Assembly: GCA_947445855.1 (NCBI GenBank)
Contig: CANFEH010000001.1
Span: 1-51,457 of the forward strand
Direction of reading: 5' to 3'
Origin: Zetaproteobacteria bacterium
Lineage (GTDB): Bacteria > Bdellovibrionota_B > Oligoflexia > Oligoflexales > Bog-1112
Length of the DNA: 51,457 bases
Shown here: positions 17,577 to 25,972 of the stretch, piece by piece
Layout of the letters: every line of letters starts with the position of its first letter
Numbering within the stretch: the stretch's first letter is position 1
The notes under the pieces: model-generated
Told to the model about the DNA's origin: nothing
The model's input: the letters and a program-made list of their open reading frames with translations, nothing else
The model's database searches: none
Program-made: the position numbers and the translations under genes

Positions 17577-18254
17577 TTAGCTCTTTTTAGAAGAATTTAG
17601 ATAGTTTGCTTGGTAACAGTTGATCGCGTGGAGAATTTCATCAGTTAGAGCAGGGTGTTTTGTTTTTTTGAGGTATTCAAAAACCTCAGTGATGTTTACC
17701 AAACTAACGAGAGGCACTCGACTATCTTCTTCTAGAGCTTTCTTTGCACTTTGACCTTCTTTGTTCTGTTCTTCTCTATCCAGGTAGACAAGAGATCCTA
17801 AAAGAGAACAAGGGGTCTTTGCGAGTAGGTGATAGGCTTCTGTTAAGCTTTTACCACTTGTGAGAACATCCTCTACAACTACGACTTTTTCGTTTCCTGT
17901 ATAAGAGTGCCCTACAAACAGGCCTTTTTCACCGTGGTCTTTGGCTTCTTTCCGGTTGAAGGTGAAAGTCACTTTCTTATTTAGCTTTTTGCTAAGAGAA
18001 GTAGCTGTTGCTATAGAGAGACTTATCCCTTTATAAGCAGGCCCAAAGACGTTGTCCACTTGTTCGCCAAAAACTTCTATGATCTTATCAGCATAGAAAC
18101 TTCCAAGAAGCTCTAATTTAAGAGGATCAGCTAAGTTCCCAAAATTACAAAAGTAGGGACTGGTTCGGCCAGAGTTTGTTACAAAGCTTCCAAATTGAAG
18201 GATTTTTTCCTGAGTAATAAAGTGAAAAAGATCATCTTTTTTCGTTAATAACAT
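17577..18254 (-). CDS. pyrE: orotate phosphoribosyltransferase
   Basis: PRPP-binding loop VVVVEDVLTSGKS. Length and N-terminal FGSFVTNSGRTSPYF are typical of PyrE. Confidence 0.85.
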   Translation of the reverse strand: MLLTKKDDLFHFITQEKILQFGSFVTNSGRTSPYFCNFGNLADPLKLELLGSFYADKIIEVFGEQVDNVFGPAYKGISLSIATATSLSKKLNKKVTFTFNRKEAKDHGEKGLFVGHSYTGNEKVVVVEDVLTSGKSLTEAYHLLAKTPCSLLGSLVYLDREEQNKEGQSAKKALEEDSRVPLVSLVNITEVFEYLKKTKHPALTDEILHAINCYQANYLNSSKKS

Positions 18255-18358
18255 ACGAAAAACTCCTTTATATCAAGATGCTTCAAGGATCTGCTACTTC
18301 AGCTTAGCTTAGGACCTGTTATAGTCCATGAATGGGTGTTGCAATATGGAATGCACGC

Positions 18359-18387
18359 ATTGTACCATGGTTTCTTTAGTTTGTTAA
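18359..18387 (-). promoter_or_regulatory. sigma70-like promoter for pyrE
   Basis: On the minus strand: TTAACA (18387-18382), 17-nt spacer, TACAAT (18364-18359). The palindrome AATGC-AC-GCATT sits just downstream, near the expected start site. Confidence 0.4.
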
Positions 18388-18541
18388 GACTTTCAGAGAA
18401 AAATTTTTTAACCTACTATAAACAATAGTTTTTTTGTAAGCTTTTAAAGATCCCTTGGCTCCTTGCCTTGACTTTTTGTGGAGTCTTGCGTACTTATGCT
18501 TCTTACTCTTATTTCTACCCCTAAAAAAATGGTTTCAACTC

Positions 18542-20125
18542 GTGACACTAGAAAAAGAAATTCAGCATCGTAAAACCTTTGCCATTATTTCTCACCCAGA
18601 TGCGGGTAAGACAACTATTACAGAGAAGCTTCTTCTTTATGGTGGAGCTATTAATATGGCAGGTACTGTTAAAGCAAAAAAATCTAAAAAACATGCCACA
18701 AGTGATTGGATGGAGCTTGAAAAACAAAGAGGAATTTCTATCACAAGTTCTGTGATGGCTTTTCCTTATAAAAATTTTGATCTCAACTTGATAGACACTC
18801 CAGGTCACGAAGATTTTTCAGAAGACACCTATAGGACTTTAACAGCTGTTGATTCAGCTCTTATGTTAATCGATGCAGCAAATGGTGTAGAAGCTCAGAC
18901 CCTAAAACTTTTTAAAGTGTGTCGAGGACGTAACACTCCTATTATGACTTTCATCAACAAGATGGATCGTCCAGGGAAAGATCCATTTGAACTTTTAGAA
19001 GAATTAGATAGTGTACTAGGAATCAAGACTTGTCCTATCAATTGGCCTATTGGAAGTGGTGATGAATTTGTTGGAGTGTATGATCGGTTTACAAAGCAGA
19101 TCACTCTTTATGATAAAAAATCAGATCGTTCGAAAAAGTTAGAGGTACAAACATTAACTGTAGAAGATGAAAAATTGAAGGATTTTTTATCTGCAGAAAT
19201 GAGAGAAAAACTAGAAGAAGACATAGAACTTCTTGATGTAGCAGGCGATGCTTTTGATAAGCAAGCTTATTTAGATGGAGACTTAGCTCCTGTTTTTTTT
19301 GGAAGTGCGCTTAACAGTTTTGGAATTGAGCCTTTTTTAGATAGCTTTATTCAGTACGCTCCTTCTCCTCTTCCAAGGGAAACAGAAGAAAGAATTGTTG
19401 AACCGACAGAAGATAAGTTCACGGCTTTTGTTTTTAAAATTCAAGCAAACATGGACCCTGCTCATAGAGACCGTGTAGCTTTTTTGAGGATTTGTTCTGG
19501 CATCTTTGAAAGAGGTATGAAGGCTTACCACGTGAGACTTGGTCGACAAATGAGACTTGCACGTCCAACTCAGTTTATGGCTCAAGATAGAAGTCTTGTG
19601 GAAAAAGCTTACCCAGGAGATATTGTGGGAATTCACGACCCGGGTCTTTTCAAAATTGGTGACTCTCTCAGTGAAGGGGAAACACTTCACTTTTCTGGTC
19701 TCCCTGTTTTTGCACCAGAACACTTTTATGTTGTGGTATTAAAAGATGCTCTTAAATCAAAGCAGCTCAAAAAAGCTCTTGATCAACTCTCTGAAGAAGG
19801 AGCTGTTCAAGTATTTCGCCCAGTGAACTCAAATGAGCAGTACTTAGGAGTTGTTGGTGTTTTGCAAATTGATGTGGTGACGTTTAGAATTCAAAGTGAG
19901 TACAACGTGGAAGTGGTCATGCGTCCTCTTCCTTACAAGGCAGCTCGGTGGCTTGCTTCTGAAGATGAGAAAAAGCTTGAGCAGTTTGTGAGAGCTAATG
20001 GTCAAAATGTTTGTCTTGATCTTCACAAAAATCCAACTCTTCTTCTTGATCACGAATGGCGTCTTAAGCTGTACGAAGAAAGAAACCCGGGGATTAACTT
20101 TTTGGCGACAGCAAAGTTGGTTTAA
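18542..20125 (+). CDS. prfC: peptide chain release factor 3
   Basis: RKTFAIISHPDAGKTT, DTPGHEDF and NKMD GTPase motifs with RF3-like length. I chose the in-frame GTG at 18542 (MTLEKEIQHRKTF..), which gives a normal RF3 N-terminus. The track ORF starts at TTG 18455. Confidence 0.85.
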   Translation: MTLEKEIQHRKTFAIISHPDAGKTTITEKLLLYGGAINMAGTVKAKKSKKHATSDWMELEKQRGISITSSVMAFPYKNFDLNLIDTPGHEDFSEDTYRTLTAVDSALMLIDAANGVEAQTLKLFKVCRGRNTPIMTFINKMDRPGKDPFELLEELDSVLGIKTCPINWPIGSGDEFVGVYDRFTKQITLYDKKSDRSKKLEVQTLTVEDEKLKDFLSAEMREKLEEDIELLDVAGDAFDKQAYLDGDLAPVFFGSALNSFGIEPFLDSFIQYAPSPLPRETEERIVEPTEDKFTAFVFKIQANMDPAHRDRVAFLRICSGIFERGMKAYHVRLGRQMRLARPTQFMAQDRSLVEKAYPGDIVGIHDPGLFKIGDSLSEGETLHFSGLPVFAPEHFYVVVLKDALKSKQLKKALDQLSEEGAVQVFRPVNSNEQYLGVVGVLQIDVVTFRIQSEYNVEVVMRPLPYKAARWLASEDEKKLEQFVRANGQNVCLDLHKNPTLLLDHEWRLKLYEERNPGINFLATAKLV

Positions 20126-20257
20126 GCTATACTTCACTTTATAAAGACTGACAAAATTTTTAGCCTTAGTTAAGATTAAAACACGCTGTATTCATAATTC
20201 ATAGTGTTTTAGCTTTGCTTCAGGTCAGATCTATTTCTTATAGATGGAGATGGTTAT

Positions 20258-20902
20258 ATGAATTTTTATTCCTCTATTATTATTTTATCTCTTTTTCCCT
20301 TAGTGAATTCTTGTAAATCAAGGCCTATAGCTTATAAAAATTGTGTTCTTTGGCTAGGAGGCGGTTCTTTGGATAATGAAAGACGTGCAAGGGGAAGAGA
20401 AATTATAGCAGGGAATAATCCTGAAGCAGATATAGAAGGGGACTGGAATACGGATAGCTTTTGGAGCGCTGTTAAGGCAAAGGCTCCTCGCATAATAGCT
20501 ATTGATCAGGGATCGACCTCTTGGTTTAGGGGGGCTGCTGTAGATAAGTTAAAAGACTTAATAAAAGTTTATAAAGTAGATTACGTCCTGGAAACAAGCG
20601 CTTCTGGTGATTCCGTAATTGAAGGAGACCAACCTCTAGATAATTTTTTTGACTCTTCCTATCGCTATGAACTCTTCTATACATATTCTCCAGGTTCTTA
20701 TGCTCCTTTTATCAGAGCTTATCAGGGTAGTGGGACTAGAAAAAATTTTACAGAACTTTATAACGAAATTTGGGAAGATATCTCTCGAAGAGATGGAAGA
20801 AAGTCTAATTATAAGAATTTTAAGTCTACTGTTAGAAAGTACAACAGAATGGATGATCGTGTCATAGAGCTCAAGGAAGCTCTTTGTAAGGAGATTCTTT
20901 AA
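20258..20902 (+). CDS. hypothetical lipoprotein
   Basis: Lipobox-like LVNSC after a hydrophobic N-terminus. No domain recognised. Confidence 0.45.
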   Translation: MNFYSSIIILSLFPLVNSCKSRPIAYKNCVLWLGGGSLDNERRARGREIIAGNNPEADIEGDWNTDSFWSAVKAKAPRIIAIDQGSTSWFRGAAVDKLKDLIKVYKVDYVLETSASGDSVIEGDQPLDNFFDSSYRYELFYTYSPGSYAPFIRAYQGSGTRKNFTELYNEIWEDISRRDGRKSNYKNFKSTVRKYNRMDDRVIELKEALCKEIL

Positions 20903-20990
20903 ATCTATAGAGAATTTGTTGTTTCCTCGACGTACCCTCTGATTTGTAGTAGAAGAGCTTACTATTTCAGAAAAAGGAGCTTTTCTCACA

Positions 20991-21686
20991 ATGACAACTA
21001 GTCTTCTTAAACACAGCATGTTTCAGGATGTGCTTTTTCCTCCAGAGCGCGACAAGTCAAACACTACAAGCAGCAATGATAATTGGGCTCTTAGACGCAG
21101 TCTGCGTTATAATGCTCATCCTGCTCTCAGATTTCGCGATGCTGCTATTGTGGTCTTTGACTTTGAAACAACAGGCCTTGACTCTCAGTATGACAGAATT
21201 ATCGAGGTGGGTGCCCAAAAAATTGTGAACTTTGAAGTTGTGGATGAGTTTTCAAGTTTTGTGCAAGTTAAGGATCGCCTTTCACCAGTTGTAACTCAGT
21301 TGACAGGGATTACAGAAAAGATGCTCGAAGGAGAGCCTCCGATCGAAGAAATTCTGCCAAAATTTTTGAAATTTATTGATGGATCTCTTCTTGTAGCTCA
21401 TAACGCTTCGTTCGATATGAGTTTTTTAAAGGCTGAGGCTTACCGTCTTGGTCTTGATCTGGATTGGTCTGCTTTTTGCAGTCTAAAGCTAGCAAGACAG
21501 TTTTTACCGGATCTCGAAAGTCGCTCTCTTGATGCTCTCGCAGAGTATTACGGTCTTTCATTCGAAGCTCGTCACCGTTCCATAGGTGACGTTAAGGTGA
21601 CAGTGTCTGTGATTGAACAAATTTTTCAACATGAAGCCGCCTCTCTTAGGACTTGGTCTGATTTACAAGATTTTGCTATTCTTTGA
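20991..21686 (+). CDS. DnaQ/epsilon-family 3'-5' exonuclease
   Basis: Exo motifs VVFDFETTGL, HNASFDMSFL and HRSIGDV. AAAGGAG RBS. Confidence 0.75.
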   Translation: MTTSLLKHSMFQDVLFPPERDKSNTTSSNDNWALRRSLRYNAHPALRFRDAAIVVFDFETTGLDSQYDRIIEVGAQKIVNFEVVDEFSSFVQVKDRLSPVVTQLTGITEKMLEGEPPIEEILPKFLKFIDGSLLVAHNASFDMSFLKAEAYRLGLDLDWSAFCSLKLARQFLPDLESRSLDALAEYYGLSFEARHRSIGDVKVTVSVIEQIFQHEAASLRTWSDLQDFAIL

Positions 21687-21713
21687 TTTCCATATAAAAG
21701 GGAGTCAGACTTT

Positions 21714-23318
21714 ATGCAAATTGAAAGTCAAGTTGATATAGGTGGTGCTGTTTATAAGCAGCGTTTAGATCACCACACTCGAGTGATAAATGAATTCGAA
21801 GACATCCTTTCTTCTATTAAAAACGGCTCAGGCGAAGAAGCCTCGGGCAGAGAACACAAAAAAAATAAACTCACAGCCCGCGAGCGAATTTCAAACTTAA
21901 TCGATGAGAATTCTCAATTTTTAGAGCTTTCAAGTTTTGCTGCTTACAAAGTTTATGAAGATGAAGTGCCTGCTGCTGGGATTATTACAGGAGTAGGAAA
22001 AGTCTCTGGTCGTCTTTGTATGATTGTGGCTAATGATCAAACTGTGAAAGGAGGAACTTATTATCCCCTCACCGTTAAGAAGCACTTAAGAGCTCAAGAA
22101 ATAGCTGAGAAGAACCATCTCCCCTGCCTCTATTTGGTAGATTCTGGGGGAGCTTTTTTGCCTATGCAAGATGAGGTTTTTCCAAGCGCTGATCACTTTG
22201 GGCGCATTTTTTATAATCAAGCTAGGATGAGCTCTAAAGGTATTAGTCAAATATCTTCTGTTCATGGTTTTTGTACAGCAGGTGGTGCTTATATTCCTGC
22301 TATGAGTGATCAGAGTATCATTGTGAAGGACACGGGAACTATTTTTTTAGGAGGCCCACCTCTTGTTAAAGCTGCAACAGGAGAAGACATTAGTGCCCAA
22401 GATTTAGGGGGTGCTTTTGTTCATACTCAAAAAAGTGGTGTGAGTGATCACTTGGCAGAAAATGATCATCATGCTCTTTTTATCTTAAGAGAAATTGTAT
22501 CTCATCTAAAAGCACCTAAGAAAGCAAACATCAAAATAGCTGTAGCAAAAGACCCTCTTTATGATCCTAATGAAATTTTAGGAATCATACCTGAAGATTA
22601 TACAAAGCCTTTTAACATGAAAGAACTCTTGGCACGAGTGGTTGATAGCTCTTATTTTTTTGAATTTAAAAAAGAGTTTGCTCCAACTTTGATCACAGGT
22701 TTTGCTCATATAAATGGGATTCCTGTCGGTATCATTGCAAATAATGGGGTGCTTTTTAGTGACAGTGCTCTTAAAGGGACTCACTTTATTGAGCTTTGTT
22801 GCCAAGAAAATATTCCTCTTCTCTTTCTGCAAAATATAACAGGATTCATGGTTGGTAAGAAGTATGAACACGAGGGGATTGCAAAGCATGGAGCTAAGCT
22901 TGTGCATGCTGTGTCTAATGCTAGAGTGCCTAAGGTCACAGTGATGATTGGTGGAAGCTTTGGAGCAGGGAATTACGGCATGTGCGGTCGTGCTTTTGAT
23001 CCAAACTTTCTTTTTATGTGCCCGAGTGCTCGAATCTCTGTTATGGGTGGAAAACAAGCAGCGATGGTGCTCACTTCTGTGAAAGAGCAGCAATTACAAA
23101 AAAAAGGAATAGATTTCCCTAAAGAAGAACGGGAGAGAATTCACAAGCAAATTGAGCAAAAGTATGAAAAAGAAGGACATGCTTACTACTCAAGTGCAAG
23201 GCTTTGGGATGATGGTATTGTGAATCCTTGTCACTTGAGACAAACACTTTCTCAAGCTTTGAGTGCTACTCTTTACCACGAGTGGGAGGAGTCACGTTTT
23301 GGTATTTTCCGTATGTAA
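21714..23318 (+). CDS. acyl-CoA carboxylase carboxyltransferase (beta) subunit, methylcrotonyl-CoA / geranyl-CoA carboxylase type
   Basis: 534 aa with KLTARERI, GGTYYPLT, DSGGAFLP and GGSFGAGNYGM, typical of MccB/AtuC-type carboxyltransferases. Confidence 0.85.
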   Translation: MQIESQVDIGGAVYKQRLDHHTRVINEFEDILSSIKNGSGEEASGREHKKNKLTARERISNLIDENSQFLELSSFAAYKVYEDEVPAAGIITGVGKVSGRLCMIVANDQTVKGGTYYPLTVKKHLRAQEIAEKNHLPCLYLVDSGGAFLPMQDEVFPSADHFGRIFYNQARMSSKGISQISSVHGFCTAGGAYIPAMSDQSIIVKDTGTIFLGGPPLVKAATGEDISAQDLGGAFVHTQKSGVSDHLAENDHHALFILREIVSHLKAPKKANIKIAVAKDPLYDPNEILGIIPEDYTKPFNMKELLARVVDSSYFFEFKKEFAPTLITGFAHINGIPVGIIANNGVLFSDSALKGTHFIELCCQENIPLLFLQNITGFMVGKKYEHEGIAKHGAKLVHAVSNARVPKVTVMIGGSFGAGNYGMCGRAFDPNFLFMCPSARISVMGGKQAAMVLTSVKEQQLQKKGIDFPKEERERIHKQIEQKYEKEGHAYYSSARLWDDGIVNPCHLRQTLSQALSATLYHEWEESRFGIFRM

Positions 23319-23333
23319 CATAGGAAGGTGTCT

Positions 23334-25154
23334 ATGAGAAAAAGAAAAGAAGTAATTCGAATTGGTAATGCTAGTGGTTACTGGGGAGATGATCCGGGAG
23401 CTTTGAAAAGACAGGTTGAAAGTGGTCCTCTTGACTATATCACAATGGATTTTTTGGCAGAAATCACAATGTCGATTCTGCAGAAGCAGTATCAAAAAGA
23501 TTCATCTCTTGGTTACGCAAGAGATTTTATACCGATGCTCGAAGAAGTTCTTCCCAAGCTTCTTAAAAATGGAACAAAACTCATCACAAATGCAGGGGGT
23601 ATCAACCCAGAAGCTTGCTGCAAAAAAATAGAAGAATTAGCACAAAAAATGGGTTTGAATCCAAAAATTGCTGTGGTCTCAGGAGATAATATTCTTCCTG
23701 TGATGAATGAACTTTACCCCGAGAAGTGCTCTTTCAAAAATATGGAAACAGGAGAGAGCTTCGAAAATGTTTTTGATAAACTTGCTTGTGCAAACGTTTA
23801 TTATGGTGCAGCCCCTGTTGTCGAAGCTTTAAAAAAATGGGATCCAGATATCATTATCACAGGGCGTGTGACAGACACTGGCATTACAGTGGCACCTATG
23901 ATTTATGAGTTTGGGTGGTCTCTCATAGAGTGGGATAAGATAGCCTCTGGTGTTGTTGCAGGACATCTTCTGGAATGCGGAAGCCAGGCGACAGGAGGGA
24001 ATTTTTCTGACTGGAAAAAAGTAAAAAATTTTCATGCTATTGGTTACCCTATTGCAGAGGTGAGTTCTGATGGTACTTTTATTCTCACAAAACATGAAGG
24101 AACTGGTGGGCTTGTAAGTCTTGACACTGTTAGAGAGCAGCTTTTTTATGAAATGGGAAACCCAGAGGCTTACATCACACCAGATGTTATAGCTGACTTT
24201 AGTACGATTCAAGCAGAAGAAGTAGGTTTAAATCGTGTAAGAATTTTTGGGGTTAGAGGGTTTGCTCCCACAAAACAATATAAAATTTCTATGGCCTATG
24301 AAGGGGGTTTTAAAACTGTAGGATCTATTATTGTTTCAGGCCCTGAGGCTCGTGAAAAAGCTAAGAAGTTTTCTGAGATTTTTTGGGAGAGACAAGAAGA
24401 ATCCTTTGAAGAAACTATCACAGAGTATCTTGGGTGGAATGCTTGTCAGGCTTCTCTTGGTGGGGGGCAAGAGGCATGTGAAATTCTTCTTCGTTTAGGG
24501 GCTAGAGATTTTGATGAAGAAAAGTTAAGACGTTTTGCAAAATCTATTCCTGCTTTAATTTTAAGTGGGCCTCCTGGTGTAGCTGTAGCCGGAGGCACAT
24601 CAAGACCACAAGTGATTGTTAACTATTGGCCAGCTCTTATGGATAAAAATTTAGTTTATCCTGAAATTAAACTCCTTGGAGAAAAAGAGTCTTGGGAGAA
24701 AGTAACTTCTACAGAAGAGGGTAATTTTGAGTTAAGCTTTTCTTCAAAAACTCAAGTAGCTGAGAAGCCTACAAACTCTCTCAAAGAAACATTAGATTTT
24801 CTTGCAAAAGGTTCTCTGCACCCAATCTCTCGTATAGCCCTAGGAAGAAGTGGAGACAAAGGAGATAGTTCTAATATAGGAGTACTTGCTCGTACTCCAA
24901 AAGCCTATAAATTTTTAAAAGAAATTTTGACAGCTCAAGTGGTGAAGAACTTGTTTGCAGAAATTTGTTTTGGAAAAGTAACACGTTATACTCTGGATAA
25001 TCTTTCTGGTTTGAATTTTATTTTAGAAGAAAGTCTAGGAGGTGGGGGTAGTATGACTTTGCGATCTGATGCGCAAGGGAAAACTTTTGCACAAGCTCTT
25101 CTTAGACAAAAAATCTATATTCCTAAAGAAATTTTGGAAGAAATAATTTTATGA
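23334..25154 (+). CDS. AtuA-like (DUF1446 family) protein with C-terminal extension
   Basis: N-terminal IRIGNASGYWGDDPGALKRQVESGPLDYITMDFLAEITMSIL matches my recollection of the acyclic-terpene-utilisation AtuA/DUF1446 signature. I chose ATG 23334 because AGGAAGG lies 5 nt upstream. Confidence 0.65.
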   Translation: MRKRKEVIRIGNASGYWGDDPGALKRQVESGPLDYITMDFLAEITMSILQKQYQKDSSLGYARDFIPMLEEVLPKLLKNGTKLITNAGGINPEACCKKIEELAQKMGLNPKIAVVSGDNILPVMNELYPEKCSFKNMETGESFENVFDKLACANVYYGAAPVVEALKKWDPDIIITGRVTDTGITVAPMIYEFGWSLIEWDKIASGVVAGHLLECGSQATGGNFSDWKKVKNFHAIGYPIAEVSSDGTFILTKHEGTGGLVSLDTVREQLFYEMGNPEAYITPDVIADFSTIQAEEVGLNRVRIFGVRGFAPTKQYKISMAYEGGFKTVGSIIVSGPEAREKAKKFSEIFWERQEESFEETITEYLGWNACQASLGGGQEACEILLRLGARDFDEEKLRRFAKSIPALILSGPPGVAVAGGTSRPQVIVNYWPALMDKNLVYPEIKLLGEKESWEKVTSTEEGNFELSFSSKTQVAEKPTNSLKETLDFLAKGSLHPISRIALGRSGDKGDSSNIGVLARTPKAYKFLKEILTAQVVKNLFAEICFGKVTRYTLDNLSGLNFILEESLGGGGSMTLRSDAQGKTFAQALLRQKIYIPKEILEEIIL

Positions 25155-25972
25155 GCGATTTAGAACTTCATTATGAAAAAGTGAGTGAGAGAGAAGATAC
25201 TGTTGCTTTTATTACTTTAAATCGACCAGAGTGTGCTAATGCTCTTAGTTTTAAAATGATAGAAAATTTTTCTTCTTTTCTAAAAGAGATCAAAGAAAAA
25301 AAGGAGTGTCGAGCACTCGTTTTGAGAGCTTCTGGTAAACATTTTTCAGCAGGGGCTGATCTTGGTTGGATGAAAGCCTCAAAAGAAATGACAAGGGAAG
25401 AAAACTACAAAGATTCTCTTGCTCTCAGTACTCTGTTTGAAAGAATTTATCATTTAAGAGTGCCTACTATTGCGGTTGTGAAAGGATCAAGTTATGGAGG
25501 AGCTCTTGGTTTAGTCGCAGCTTGCGATTCTGTGATAGCTACAAATGAGGCCCAGTTTTGTTTGAGTGAAGTAAAAATGGGTCTAGCACCTGCTGTGATT
25601 TATCCTTATTTAGCAAGAAAAATTCAACTAGGTGTTTTAAAACGTCTTGCTCTTACAGCAGAAGTTTTTGGAACAGAGTATGCTCAAAAAATTGGACTTG
25701 TGAATTTTTCGATCCCTAGTCACGAGCTTTCTGCTAAGCTTAAATCAGAACTTTCTCTTTTTCTTGCTTGTGCTCCTCACGCACAAGAAGAAATAAAAAT
25801 CTTGCACCATAAAGTGATTACAAATTCTTTTAAGCAAAGCTATGATACGGTGGAATTAATATCTGGGCTACGTGTGGGAGAAGAAGCTCAGCATGGTCTC
25901 AGTTCTTTTTTTGAAAAGAAAAAACCTTTATGGGCTTTGAAGCTAAGGGAAGATTGGAATCCTCATGTCTAA
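25151..25972 (+). CDS. enoyl-CoA hydratase/isomerase (methylglutaconyl- or isohexenylglutaconyl-CoA hydratase-like)
   Basis: Crotonase-fold pattern FITLNRPE..NAL, GKHFSAGADL and GGALGLVAACD. ATGA overlap with the upstream gene. Confidence 0.8.
   Translation: MSDLELHYEKVSEREDTVAFITLNRPECANALSFKMIENFSSFLKEIKEKKECRALVLRASGKHFSAGADLGWMKASKEMTREENYKDSLALSTLFERIYHLRVPTIAVVKGSSYGGALGLVAACDSVIATNEAQFCLSEVKMGLAPAVIYPYLARKIQLGVLKRLALTAEVFGTEYAQKIGLVNFSIPSHELSAKLKSELSLFLACAPHAQEEIKILHHKVITNSFKQSYDTVELISGLRVGEEAQHGLSSFFEKKKPLWALKLREDWNPHV

Noticed and set aside
18328-18387. 19-codon mini-ORF encoding the Cys-rich MNGCCNMECTHCTMVSLVC in the pyrE-prfC spacer (possible RiPP, leader or metallopeptide).
   Set aside because: There is no usable RBS. 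The Cys codons arise from TGC/GCA-containing palindromes (AATGC-AC-GCATT, CCATGG). The same DNA is better explained as a good minus-strand pyrE promoter (TTAACA-17-TACAAT). It would only be worth revisiting if Ribo-seq shows translation.
22578-23093. 171-aa antisense ORF inside the carboxyltransferase gene. Similar antisense ORFs occur at 20636-21019, 19337-19723, 23829-24212, 32624-32980, 33406-33726 and 36580-36855.
   Set aside because: Each lies wholly inside a gene with strong family motifs on the other strand. Their translations are low-complexity (S/H/K/C/F-rich) with no motifs and no RBS. They are shadow ORFs.
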